Below, in pieces: positions 24,183-36,564 of a DNA stretch of 64,000 nt. The stretch is from Selaginella moellendorffii (taxonomy: Eukaryota > Plantae > Lycopodiophyta), in the NCBI RefSeq assembly GCF_000143415.4, contig NW_003314368.1, positions 470,076 to 534,075 of the forward strand. Direction: 5' to 3'. A program made the position numbers and the translations under genes. The first letter of the stretch is position 1, and each line of letters begins with the position of its first letter. The notes beneath the pieces are model-generated. The model was not told the origin of the DNA, searched no databases, and saw only the letters and a list, made by a program, of their open reading frames with translations.

Positions 24183-25753
24183 TCATGAACGCTGTATGCT
24201 CCCTTTTCTGTCCAGACCGTGCAGATTTCTTATGTACTGAATGAAGTCATTCTCAGCCAAGGTGATCCACTGTAATATCGTTAGATGGTAAATCAATCAG
24301 AACATGCAAACACAATCACCTGTGGCATCTCGTCAGTGTAGTTTTCATATGCGAAGTGGAGGTTTTTCTCCCTGCTGAAGAATCTGATAGCCCCTCAATC
24401 AGTTCCTGTCAAAACAATGTGTTAGAAACAAGTGCAGTTTTAGTTTTTCTTAAACCTTGCTGCCTCCTCTTGTGTCTCATATGCCCCTGCGCTTGGAAAT
24501 TCAAACATAAACAATGGCTCTTTAAATATATAACAAAAAACTCACAGTCGAATCGTACGACGCCTCAGCCTGCGGCAAAGATGAAAACCACAGTGTTCGA
24601 ATGCTGAAGGTCTTTTGTTGGCTTAGATCAAGTTTTACACTCAAGTAATGCAACTTGAGTCTGATCTTGGCATTATCCAAGTAAGCTAGTACTTACGTTA
24701 TGGAAGCCGCCCAAGGGGCTTTGCGATTTTTGAGAAGATACACTCCGTTATGGTTTGATGCTCGAGGCCGAGTCTCCCTCGTCCCAGCGCCATATGCAAG
24801 AAGCTCCGGTGTAAACCAGAGCAACGACTGGCCAGATGTTGATGAACTCCTTGTTGGGGAGATTGATCCACTGCAGCGAAAATCCAAGTGTTACATCGAT
24901 CTTTAGAACTACCTGGAAGAACTAGTCTATGAGCGCTCCTATGATTATACCTGGGGTATCTCGTGCATGTAGTCTGAGTAGGGAAAGTTTGGGCAGTTTG
25001 TCCCACAGAACTTGATGTAAGATCCTATTACTTATCAAAAAGTTTCCAGGAAAGAAAGAAGAAGATGAAGAAGAAGAAGAAGAAGAGAACCTGGCTGCGG
25101 CTTCCTCGCTGCTGCATGAGCCTATATAAATCCTCTTGTTGCTTTTGCCCATACCCTGATGATCAGGAAAGAGAGAAAATTAAAAAAAAAAACCACCAGA
25201 GAAAAAGACCAAAAGCAAAGAACATCCTCACCAAATGTGCGTCTCCCACCGCTTCCAATGCAGGGGGACGACTTATTGGTGTATCTCCTCGCTGACTTCG
25301 GCGGGTTTCTCTTCCTTGTGCCCGCTTCTTCTCGCTTGGATGATGCCACGATCTCCCTGGCCTTCTTCTTCGCACCCTTAGACGTTTTGATCCTAGAGCT
25401 CGAGCTGCGAGACGAAGCCTTGATCGCAGTCGAGGTTGGGAGTCTGTCCCTGAAAACGGTGGGGGTGAGGTCGAGGTGATAGCAGACCTGTTTCTCCTCG
25501 AATACGTAACGCACATCCTCGGGGTCCTCGGGATCAAAGTGGAAGTCGTATCTAAATCTAAAGCTTGCTTGGAGCTCCTCAAAGAAATCGCTTGGTGGCC
25601 GCCTTTGTCGCGGCCCGAGTGGCTATGGAGGGCGCGTCCTTCTCCTCCATGGTAATGATCGCCGGATTATCATCACCACCCGACTCACCAGTGAAGGAAG
25701 ACAAGCTCGCCGGTTCTTCACTGCTATCAATTCAATATTCTCCGATTTAGCAG
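24183..25753 (-). pseudogene. Double-AP2-domain gene copy, 5'-truncated
   Basis: KRIYIGSCSSEEAAAR..IKFCG..NFPYSDY; SNHNGVYLLKNRKAPWAASIT; AYETQEEAAR; an 11-bp deletion removes YDRA. Confidence 0.85.
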
Positions 25754-25759
25754 AGTAAA

Positions 25760-26525
25760 CACACTCTGCGATAGTTTGATGCTCGAGGCCGACTGTTCCT
25801 CATGCCACCGACACTTGCAAGAAGCTCCGGCGACTCATGTTGCGTAGCATATTGATGACCTAGATTGATCCCCTGCAGAGAAAATCCAAGTGTTAGATCG
25901 ATCTGTCAAACTATCTGGAAGAACTTCGGTATCCTAAGTGCTAATATGACACACCTAGTGGGAAAAGTTTGTGAGGTCGTAGATCCTAGTTTAAGAATCT
26001 TAACAAAAAACTTTCTACGAAAGAAGGAGAAGGAGAAACCTGGCTGCGGCTTCCTCGCTGCTGCATGCAGCAAGGTATATTTGCTTCTTTTGTTCTGCCT
26101 TAGCCCTGAGGATCAAGAAAATGAGAAAATCAGCGTGATTGTAGAACGAGACTCCAATGTAGCAGGACGACTTATCAGCGTATCTCCTCGCGCACTTTGG
26201 CGGGTTTCTCTTCTTTTTGCTCCCTTCTCCAAGCTTGGACGAAAATCCCTCCCGAGCCACCCCCGAGCTGCGAGAAGAAGCTAGAACCTTCCTTTCCATA
26301 GACGTAGAAGCACGAATGTGGCCATGGAGCTTTGCGACTCCACTGCTGCCATTTCTGGTGATGGCGGCACTAGACAGCGTCGCTTTGTTCTTGGCGCTAG
26401 CACTGATGACGGCCATGGTTGCTCAGTGTTTGCATGCTGAATGCCGGCGGTGCATGTGCTTGATAGTGGGACCTTCATTCAGGAACTTGGGCTAACTCCA
26501 GAATCCCATTGTAAGAACCTCCACA
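25760..26525 (-). pseudogene. Heavily deleted double-AP2 gene copy
   Basis: KRNPPKCARRYADKSSCYIGV, KQIYLAACSSEEAAAR, APRTKRRCL. Confidence 0.8.
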
Positions 26526-26556
26526 ACCCAGTTGCTTCAAAGAGTCCTTTTTCCAG

Positions 26557-28479
26557 ATGGAGCTGGGATTCCAGATTCACAGCGTCGCGGCCACATCCCT
26601 GGATGAAGATCCCACTATCAAGCACATGCGCTGCCGGCATTTGGCATGCCAGGCTTGAGCGACAGATTTTCCAAGGCCGTCACCTCTTTCTCGCCACCAA
26701 CAAGTCTCTCCAGCTGATCCGGCGCCCCTGGCAGGTGTCGAGCAGCCAGTGCTAGCCTCTGAAGCTCCTTCTCGTGATGATCCTGTGCCTGCATTGACAT
26801 TGCCCCCAGTAGCTCCAGCAGCGTCGAAGGCGCCAAGAACAAAGCGACGCTGTCTAGCACCAGAGATGGTAGCAGTGGAGTCGTCTGCATGCTTGGATAC
26901 CTCTTCATCATGGGCTGCTAAATCGGAGCATTGAAGAAGATAGCAGTGAAGAACCGGCGAGCTTGTCTTCCTTCGCTGGTGAGTCGGGTGGTGGTGATAA
27001 TCCGGCGATCATTGCCATGGAGGAGAAGGACGCGCCCTCCATAGCCACTCGGGCCGCGACGCGACAAAGGCGGCCACCAAGCGATTCACTCGGGCTTCCT
27101 TGAGGAGCTCCAAGCAAGCTTTAGATTTAGATGATCCCGAGGACCCCGAGGATGTGCGCTACGTATTCGAGGAGAAACAGGTCTGCTATCACCTCGACCT
27201 CACCCCCACCGTTTTCAGCTTCAGCGACGGACAGACTCCCAACCTCGACTGTGATCAAGGCTTCGTCTCGCAGCTCGAGCTCTAGGATCAAAACGTCTAA
27301 GGGTGCGAAGAAGAAGGCCAGGGAGATCATGGCATCATCCAAGCGAGAAGAAGCGGGCACAAGGAAGAGAAACCCGCCGAAGTCAGCGAGGAGATACACC
27401 AATAAGTCGTCCCCCTGCATTGGAAGCGGTGGGAGACGCACATTTGGTGAGGATGTTCTTTGTTTCTGGTTTTTTATTCTCTCTTTCCTGATCATCAGGG
27501 GTATGGGTAAAAGCAACAAGAAGATTTATATAGGCTCATGCAGCAGCGAGGAAGCCGCAGCCAGGTTCTCTTCGTCTTCTTCGTCTTCTTCTTTCTTTCC
27601 TGGAAACTTTTTGATAAGTAATAGGATCTATGACCGAGCTTACATCAAGTTCTGTGGGACAAACTGCCCAAACTTTCCCTACTCAGACTACATGCACGAG
27701 ATACCCCAGGTATGATCATAAGAACGCTCATAGACTAGTTCTTCCAGGTAGTTCTAAAGATCGATGTAACACTTGGATTTTCGCTGCAGTGGATCAATCT
27801 CCCCAACAAGGAGTTCATCAACATCTGGCCAGTCGTTGCTCTGGTTTACACCAGAGCTTCTTGCATATGGCGCTGGGACGAGGGAGACTCGGCCTCGAGC
27901 ATCAAACCATAACGGAGTGTATCTTCTCAAAAATCGCAAAGCCCCTTGGGCGGCTTCCATAACGTAAGTACTAGCTTACTTGGATAATGCCAAGATCAGA
28001 CTCAAGTTGCATTACTTGAGTGTAAAACTTGATCTAAACCAACAAAAGACCTTCAGCATTCGAACACTGTGGTTTTCATCTTTGCCGCAGGCTGAGGCGT
28101 CGTACGATTCGACTGGGTGAGTTTTTTGTTATATATTTAAAGAGCCATTGTTTATGTTTGAATTTCCAAGGGCAGGGGCATATGAGACACAAGAGGAGGC
28201 AGCAAGGTTTAAGAAAAACTAAAACTGCACTTGTTTCTAACACGTTGTTTTGACAGGAACTGATTGAGGGGCTATCAGATTCTTCAGCAGGGAGAAAAAC
28301 CTCCACTTCGCATATGAAAACTACACTGACGAGATGCCACAGGTGATTGTGTTTGCATGTTCTGATTGATTTACCATCTAACGATATTACAGTGGATCAC
28401 CTTGGCTGAGAATGACTTCATTCAGTACATAAGAAATCTGCACGGTCTGGACAGAAAAGGGAGCGTACAGCGTTCATGA
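26557..28479 (+). pseudogene. Double-AP2-domain transcription factor gene copy with frameshifts
   Basis: R1 KKIYIGSCSSEEAAAR|IYDRAYIKFCG..NFPYSDY..WINLPNKEFIN; R2 HNGVYLLK..WAASIT|RRTIRLG|AYETQEEAAR..NFAYENY; short GT-AG introns. Confidence 0.85.
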
Positions 28480-30094
28480 TAGGAAGGTCAAGCAGAAGAC
28501 AAATGCTGCCACAGTTAGGGTGGAGGAAGCAGCAACCATGATCCACCAGTAGCTCCCAAGTCAAGTCTCACGAGGGAGGTTTGGGGAGACCTCGTTTCGG
28601 AGGGCTTGGAGGGCAGCAAGGAAACTAGATGGTCACTAGTTTTCTTGCGTGAGTGCTTCACCATGACAGTGCCATTAGTTTTTTCTCGTGACTGCTTTAC
28701 AATAACATCCCAAGGGGACGGTGATCGGAATAAAATATCCCAGTCGTGAGTCCGAATGTTGAGCGAGCAAGTCGGACATAAAAGCAGAAAAGAAATTTGA
28801 ATTTGAATATGTTTATAATTTATAAACACAAGGAGCGCGGGCTTGCAATAGCAAAAGCAAAAGTAACTATTGATGTATTGGAGAGGCATCGCATTTTACC
28901 ATCTGCGGCTCTGTGGAGACTCCCTGCAAGCAGCTCAATCCTGCCCATAGTCACAGGCATGCGATCGGTCCATTCAGCAGACCATGCGTGCTCCAAGGAC
29001 GTCCAATTTACTATCATTGGATTGGCAATATCTTTCAATTGCTCAATTACTCGCTCTCCTCTTCCACAGCAGGAGTGGCAGGTCCCACATTTTGTAATTT
29101 GACCGCTTTTCGAATGGCCCCCAGAACCGAATAGTAGGTACTTGGACTTGGAATCTGCCGCATTTTTGTTTTTAAATTGAATGTAATGCAGCAACGATGG
29201 GTGCCACAGCTAATCAAGACATGGAAATTTCTCGGGAATCTTGTGGCTTGCGATGAAGGAGGATTAGAAAAAGGTTTTATATAAGTTTCTTCTTCTTCTT
29301 CCTATCCCACATATTTTATTTCCTTCCAGAATGACAATAGATACCAATCAAAATAATTTAACCAACACTACCAAATCTACAATTTTCCACAATTGCCTGC
29401 GATTCTTTTGTAAGAATTCAGGCTATTTGTGTTGATCCATGATGAAGTGACTTACAGATTTGGTACGCAAGTAACTCTTGGGTGGTGTTGTTCAAAAGTA
29501 TTTCACCAGGATTTAGATGTAAATTATAATTCCTCAGCTTTGGTACACAAGTAAAATGTGTTTTTCAATGCTTTCTTCAGGTGTTTGGATACTTTCAAAT
29601 GTTCATATCTGTTAGCTCTCATTCACCAACGCGTTGCATTTCAATTGACCTCTGATGCACGCCGCGCATTTGACGCCCATTGTCACATGCTCAAGAATTC
29701 TTGTTGTCTCGCGATAATTCATGCAATTTAATTCTTCTCATTGCTGACTAGGAGAAAATTAACCGCTACTGAATCAGTGTCGATACTTATCCGGATACAC
29801 AGGGTATAGTTGTCATTTTCGTACGCGGCGCTGCGTACGCACCTGCACTGGTACGGAAAGTTTTAATGGGCGGCTGCGATGGCTTGCAGTCGTCATGGAC
29901 GGCCACGATTTTTCATACGTCTCGTGGCCAGTAGAAGAAAAAGGAGTCAGTTCTCTAGTTCCTTCAGTTTCTTGTTTTGCAGCATGCCTCGCTTGAATCC
30001 TGTTAGATCGTACAGGGTAGCAGCGGAACCTTGGATTGCGGCGCCGCCGCAACCCAGTCGCCACGCTTCGTTCTTGTCGATAGAGCTCCTCGAA

Positions 30095-32130
30095 ATGGAG
30101 GTTCTTGCAATGAGATTCCAGGTTCCTCCAGATGATCACGACGCGCCCATGTCCCCAGATCAGGATCCCACTATCAAGCATACTCGTTGTCGGCGATCGA
30201 GCAAAAGATTTTCCACCCGATCGTCTTGGAAATTCCTCCAGCTGATCCCGCGCCAGTGCTAGCAGCTCCTCCTCATGATCATGCTGATGATCCTGCGCCC
30301 GCATTGGCATTGCCCCTGGTACCTCCAGCAGCGCCGAGGGCGCCAAGAACAAAGCGACGCCGTCTAGCACCGACATCACCAGCGATGGCATCATGGCAGC
30401 GGTAGAGTCGGCAAGCTCTGCATGCTCGGATTCCTCTTCATCATGGGCTGCTCAATCGGAGAATGAAGAAGATGGCAGTGAAGAACCGGCAAACTCGAGT
30501 TTCCACCGATAGTGCGTCGGGTGATGATGATCATCCGGTGATCGCCACGGAAAAGAAGGAAGCCCCCTCCATGGTCACTCGGGCCGCAGCCGCCAACCTA
30601 GCTTCCTCGCAACTTAGATACGACGTCTTCCATGGAAAGGAGCGCTGTGGTCACGACGACGCCGAGGATGTGCACTACGTATTCGAGGAGGAAGAGGTCG
30701 ATCTCATCTCCAACGTTTCCAGCCTCAGTGACGGAGAGACCTCCAAGCCCGACTTCTATGATGAAGACTACGTCTCGCAGCCCGAGCTCTAAGATCAAGA
30801 GGTGTGCTATGAAGAAGACCAGGAAGATCGTGCAAGCAACAAGAATCAGGCAAAAGGAAGAGAAACCCGCCGAAGTCAGCGAGGAGATGCACCAATAAGT
30901 CGTTCCTCTACATTGGAGTGTCGTTCTACAAGGCGAATCAAGCGGTGGGAGACGCACATTTGGTGAGGATGTTAGATTCTCTTTATCCCTGGCTTCTCAA
31001 AGAAGTTCTTTGACAGTCACGCTGCTGTTTTTGTTGATCATCAGGGGTACCGGAGAACAGAGCAAGAAGATTTACGTAGGCTCATGCAACAGCGAGGAAG
31101 CTGGAGCCAGGTTTTTCTTCGTTGTTCCTAGAAAGGTTTTTGATAAAATGTTTAATCACAGAATCTATGATCGAGCTTACATCAAGTTCCGTGGGAACAA
31201 CTGCCCGAACTTTCCCTACTCGGATTACGAGCACGAGATTTTTCCCAGGTATGATCATAGTAACGCTTACACTAAAGTATTTCCAGATAGTTTGGAAAGA
31301 TCTAACTCTTAGATTTTCTCTGCAGTGAATCAATCTGCCCAACAGGGAATTCATCAACATGCTACGCAACATGAGTCGCGGCAAGTCATTGCTGTGGTTT
31401 ACACCCGAGCTTCTTGCACTTAAAGTTGGCTCTCCCTGCATGAGGAAGGCTCGGCCTTGAGTATCAAACTATCACGGAATCTATCTTCTAAAAAATCACA
31501 AAGCCCCTTGGGCGGCTTCCATAACGTAAGTAGAGCCCCATCCCTTCGGAAACATGTGAGAGATCATCTAGCCTTTGAGAGACCATCTAGCTACCTGGAT
31601 GATAACTCAATGTTTCATTGATCAATCTGAGTATGAAACTTGATCGTAGGCAATAAGAGATCACAGATTATCACCATTCTAACACTGCTTTACATCTTTG
31701 CTGCAGGCTGGCCTGTCGTACGATTCGACTCGGTGAGTTTTTTATTTTATGTTTCAAGAGCCATTGTTTATGTTGCATTTCCAGGCATATGAGACACAAG
31801 AGGAGGCAGCAAGGTTCAAGAAAACTAAAACTTCACTCTCTAATTATACTAGGTACCACGTTGTTTCTAACATTGTTTTAACAGGACCTATGACCGAGCA
31901 GTTATTAGGTTCTTTGGCAAGGCTAAAGAACTTTGCATATGACAACTACACCAATGAGATGCCACAGATGATTTTTGTTTGCATTTGAGAACCATTCAGG
32001 ATGACATTACAGTGGATCACCTCAAGGACGAGTTCATTCAGTACATACAGAATGTCAGGACAAGCTTGCAAAAGGGAGTTCAAAGGATGTACAACTGAAA
32101 GAGCTGTATATGATAGAAAGGTCGACTTTC
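30095..32130 (+). pseudogene. Most complete double-AP2-domain gene copy; frameshifted
   Basis: KKIYVGSCNSEEAGAR|IYDRAYIKFRG..NFPYSDY; KAPWAASIT; AYETQEEAAR|TYDRAVIRFFG; the N-terminal region is broken across frames. Confidence 0.85.
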
Positions 32131-32299
32131 TAATAATTAATATAGAAAAAATAATTTATTTAATTTTATGGTGTGAGGTTTAGCTATGAACTCGTAGTGG
32201 GCCAATTTTAATGATGAATTTTTTTGGTTTGCTTATTAGAAATCACTTGATTAGCTTCTGGAGCTGTTATGCAAGTTCCCATAGCTGTGAGAGACAATA

Positions 32300-33400
32300 T
32301 GAGAAGATATGAAGCAATAGTAGAAGATCTTTATTGCTAGAATCTTGAGAAGCTGAGATTTAATTATTGTGCCATTATCAAAAACCAAGCCACTATGCCA
32401 CCATTATGTAGGAAATCTTAGCCACACCGTAAGCTGCCATGGTAGATCAAAGACACTGCTACTGTGCAGATACTATGGCGAGATAAGAGGGGAAATTCCC
32501 TCTCTCAATATTTGGCACCGAGTGGTTCACCATGGCAGGAGGGGAGAAAGCTTATCCCCTCTCCCTCACAATTTGGTGCTGAAGTATATGGATTATCAAT
32601 GCCGAGGGTCAAGATTACAATCCACATTCACTATGCTATTTAGTTGGCTGAATGGCACAAAGGTGTTGAATTTTCTAAGTCCTCCACACCATTTGGTCAG
32701 CTGAATGGCCAAATTTTAATATCATCTCCAAAAGTTTCATTTGATTTTTTTTAACATCTCCAAACCATTTGGCCAACCAAATGGCACAAAGTAATTAAAA
32801 AATTAACATTTATTTACTACTTTTTACCCCAAAAACTGCTCTTATTGTAGAACCTAATCCAAAAGTCTTGGTTGTAAAGAAGCAACAACGTACTAGATCT
32901 TTCATATGACATAGTGGGAGGAATTGGTAATTGGGAAGTTGCTCTCCATTTGAAGAGGACAATATCAAGAAACACAAAGGTAAGATGGCAAGTGTGACAA
33001 TAAAGGCTAAGGGCAAGAAGAAGGGTAGGAAAAAAATGATTGAGGAATGAAAAGATGAATAAAAAGGAAAATGGTGATAAAAGGGGATTAGACAAGTTAT
33101 AATGGTAGTAGTGTGCAAGTTCATGCACTTTAATATCTTTAGGATAATTATAGATAAGAGGAATGAGCATTGGGGTGGGATCAATGCCTTCCTCAATGAA
33201 ACAAGAGCAACATTCAAGAAGGGAAAACAGATTCATGAGTACATGACTCATCTTGTCATCACCAACCTCCTATTGAACTTTAAAGAAGATACTAACTTAT
33301 TTCCAAAGTGGTAGGAGTGCAATGAAGAACTCATCAAGCAATTGATTGGATTGTAGAACATGGTTAATGATTATAGTGTCATATGAAGAGGTGTGGATTC
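32300..33400. mobile_element. Probable degraded DNA-transposon fragment
   Basis: Dispersed TTGGC../ATGGC.. subterminal-like motifs at 32380-32790 followed by a decayed ORF. Confidence 0.3.
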
Positions 33401-34194
33401 TTGCTTTCTGAGAGACTAGTCACTAACGTTTGGTCGTTCATCCCTCATTCAATATTGTAGCAACCATCCATTTGGCTTTTCCAATGACAAGCTCAAGGTA
33501 ATATACAATCTCAGTGCAAAGCATTGATCATATCATCGACTGTGTCTTTCTCTCTTTGATAGATTTTCTTTGCAAAAGAAGCTTTAGATAATGTCTTGCA
33601 CACTAAATTTCTTCTTCATTCTCATGGTGGCTACGGCTATAACTTCTTGGCTAATAAATAATGAAATAGATATATAACAATTTTCACATTCCCTTTGTCT
33701 CCAATCTTTTGACTAGATGCGCTTATCTCTCCAATCACAATTGAAGAAACATCATGTTCCTGATAAAACATGTTTGCATTCACTTGCATGCTTTGTAGAT
33801 TGTAGCTATGCAAGAATGTCACCTAGTTCTTATTTGTTTATAATTTTTTTTTCTTCCACAGTGATGGCTATGATTGCTAAGCAACTAGATTTGTTGCTAT
33901 CGTCCAATTCCATTGCAAAAATTGCTAGACTTTAGGTAAGATAATTATGTTATTTTGATGCTATAGTGGGTTGTGACTGGGCACTACAAGATCTAAAACA
34001 CCACATACATAAATACATTACATAACAATATAGTAGTTACATCTAAAACTTTCATCTTCTCATAGTTTACATGAAAATTTGATATTAAGAAGAATGTAAT
34101 GCTTACCCTCGATTGGTGTTGTAGTTAAGGATGCATACATTCTTAATCTCATATATGTATGGCATGCAATTTGTAAAGCAAGCTAAAAGCAAGT

Positions 34195-34400
34195 TACAAA
34201 CAAAGACAAACCAATTGAAAAGAATTGAAACGAATTCAAAAGATTCAAATGAAATCAAACGTAATCAAATGAAGACAAAGGAATTAAAACGAATTAAAAC
34301 AAAGACAAAAGAGTTCAAATGAACGAAATAATAAAAACCCAAATGAAGACATTAAAACGAAGACAACCAAAGACCAACGAGAACAAACAAAACAAAAAAC
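34195..34400 (+). repeat. Degenerate ~10-bp A-rich minisatellite (AAAnGAAnnC)
   Basis: aaacgaattc / aaatgaaatc / aaacgtaatc / aaatgaagac periodicity. Confidence 0.7.
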
Positions 34401-34499
34401 ATGGCAGCTCCGAAATACATTGAGCAGGGCTCTAGAATATTCACTCGCATCTTTGGGGGCATGAAATGGATGGCCCATGAATGCTGGCGCCAAAATATA

Positions 34500-36105
34500 A
34501 TAAACAAGGCAACCTGGTTGGGACTGGAAACCAGTAAAAACTCTTCCAAAAGTGTCACCAGATTTCTTGCCTCCCCTTCTGCACTGCCAAGAAGAGAAAT
34601 CGGGAACCGCTCCAAGTTGCCTACAGCGAGTAGAATTCCACGACTCCCGTGGCAGACAAGGCTTGTGCTCAGAAATATCTGTTCATGGTGTCCTCCGACT
34701 TGAGCAGGAGCGACAGCACTGAAATAGTCGAGACATTGCCAGGGCACGGGAGTCGTCCCGGTAGAGAAAAAGGATCCAGTTATTTCCAGATTCCTCGATC
34801 TTTGCCTGCATGGAAGTAGCGGCAATGAGAAAACAGGAGGTAACTTTATGTGTTTGGAGCAAAGATTGCAAGATTCTCCGCAAGAACATCGATCGCTCCA
34901 GCCTCCATGCTGGCAACTTTGCTGCCGCTGTTGTGAGTAGTGATCACGGAGAGAAGCCAGAGAGCAACAGTCGTAGGCTGCCTCAAACCCGGAGCTCACC
35001 AACTAGAGTAATGAAGCGCATCCCGACTCGGAAAGAGCGATGGCTTTCTGACTGTGTTCCTTTGCGTTCCACCAATCTTAACTTCGACGTTGCTCGATCT
35101 GATGATCCTGACTTCCCAAGATTGTCACTTTTTCCTGGCAAAGTCTCACCAGCATCTCCGTAACTTTCTCACAAAGGACGGGTAACCGGATTGCAGCGCA
35201 CGTAACCAACGGGCCAAGGCTCTTGATCACTCCCAGAAGTTGATGACTATAAGATGCATTGGTCTTGGACCTTGCCACTACGGAGAGCACATCGAGAGCT
35301 TGGATCGTCACCATTTGATCGAACGTGACTCCAGTTAGAAGGTCCACTAGAGCCACCATGGTGCCGCAGAAACTAATACTCTCGGCATCTGGCGGGATAA
35401 TCAGCTTCATGGCACAACTGAGCTCAGAGCAGTGATGGAGAGGCAACTTTGCTCTCACAGCGAAAGATATCCGAGCAGAGGCAGCACTTTTGTGGCTGCT
35501 CAAGAACACTAGCCCGGAAGGACAAGAGATAATTAAGCTTGTGAGACGACCGGAGGCTGATACGTTGAGCCAGCTCACGGCCATGCTCGTCGGGGAGTTA
35601 TCTTCAAAGAAGCACGTACTGGCTGCTTGCTCGCTCTAGTTGCGGAACAAGGAAGGACGGAGCTGCTGGATATGAGGCCTTCGACATGCTCATGGCTCTA
35701 CTCGAAAGCAAGGAGAAGCTGCCTCGGTGATAGCCAGGATCTTTGCTCTTCGCAAGGACATGCTTCTCGTCCAAAAGGCGACGGGACCTCTAAACAAGCT
35801 CGTCAGGAACATCAACGGAGAGGAGCCAGAGACGATCAACGTTGCTACTCAGGCGGCAATAGCTCTGGCTGCATTGTTTATGTCTATCCGAGAGCATGGC
35901 AACGTCAAAGATGCTGCCGTGGACGCTATAACACAGCTGGATTCCAAGGTGACAATTTTAGCTCCCGTTGAAGCAGCAGTGAAAGCATTCGTGTTTCTCT
36001 TGGAGGTTGCCTTAGATGTGCCGCTTGATAGATCCTGTCACTCAGATTCCCCGAGAAGGCAATCAGGCTGGAAGAGACAACACTGCTGCGGCACTGGCTC
36101 AGCTC
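34500..36105 (-). pseudogene. CSI1: Cellulose synthase-interactive (CSI1/POM2-like) ARM-repeat gene fragment with an inverted block
   Basis: - strand GTMVALVDLL..QALDVL..EKVTEMLVRLC and GSRGILLAVGN..ISLLG..EEFLLVSSPNQVAL; + strand IFALRKD..LAALFMSIREH..TAAALAQL. Confidence 0.8.
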
Positions 36106-36234
36106 TTTGCGGTGCATTCCATTTGTGTGCTTTGAATCAATGTTTAATTCTTTTTATAAATTATAGATCAACCATTAAATGATAGAAGACTTAGAATATT
36201 TTTGTTATATTTAAGGATTTTTAAAATCTTAAAC

Positions 36235-36237
<3 letters not shown>

Positions 36238-36265
<28 letters not shown>
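36238..36265. repeat. (TA)14 microsatellite
   Basis: Direct reading. Confidence 0.95.
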
Positions 36266-36273
<8 letters not shown>

Positions 36274-36564
36274 CTAAATGAATATCAACCATTTGATGAT
36301 AGAATCTACCAAAATATCCAGATATATTCTAGGTATCTATTACTACCCACATAAACCAAAATGTTTTTAGGAAAAATATAATATTATTATGGTTTTGTTA
36401 TTAACCTTACCCCTTTAGAGAAATACTATAAATAAAATGATCAGAAAAATGTATTTGAATTTTGATTTAATAAGAAATTTTAAGGAAAAGAGTTTAATAT
36501 TTTTTTTCTAAAATTATATGTAATTTTTAGATTGGATGTCCTTTGAACTTTTGCATAGTTGTTT

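Larger units (their letters stand above)
24072..28590. repeat. Long inverted repeat; arms 24072-25753 and 26914-28590 (~1.7 kb, near-identical)
   Basis: Mirror ORFs identical or nearly so (24693-24887 vs 27773-27967; 24700-24906 vs 27754-27960; 24356 vs 28076); outer ends GTCTCCCC/GGGGAGAC. Confidence 0.95.

Noticed and set aside
28820-29600. 124-aa minus-strand ORF with CxxCxxCC and nearby exon-like pieces
   Set aside because: No recognisable family, and the frame is uncertain.
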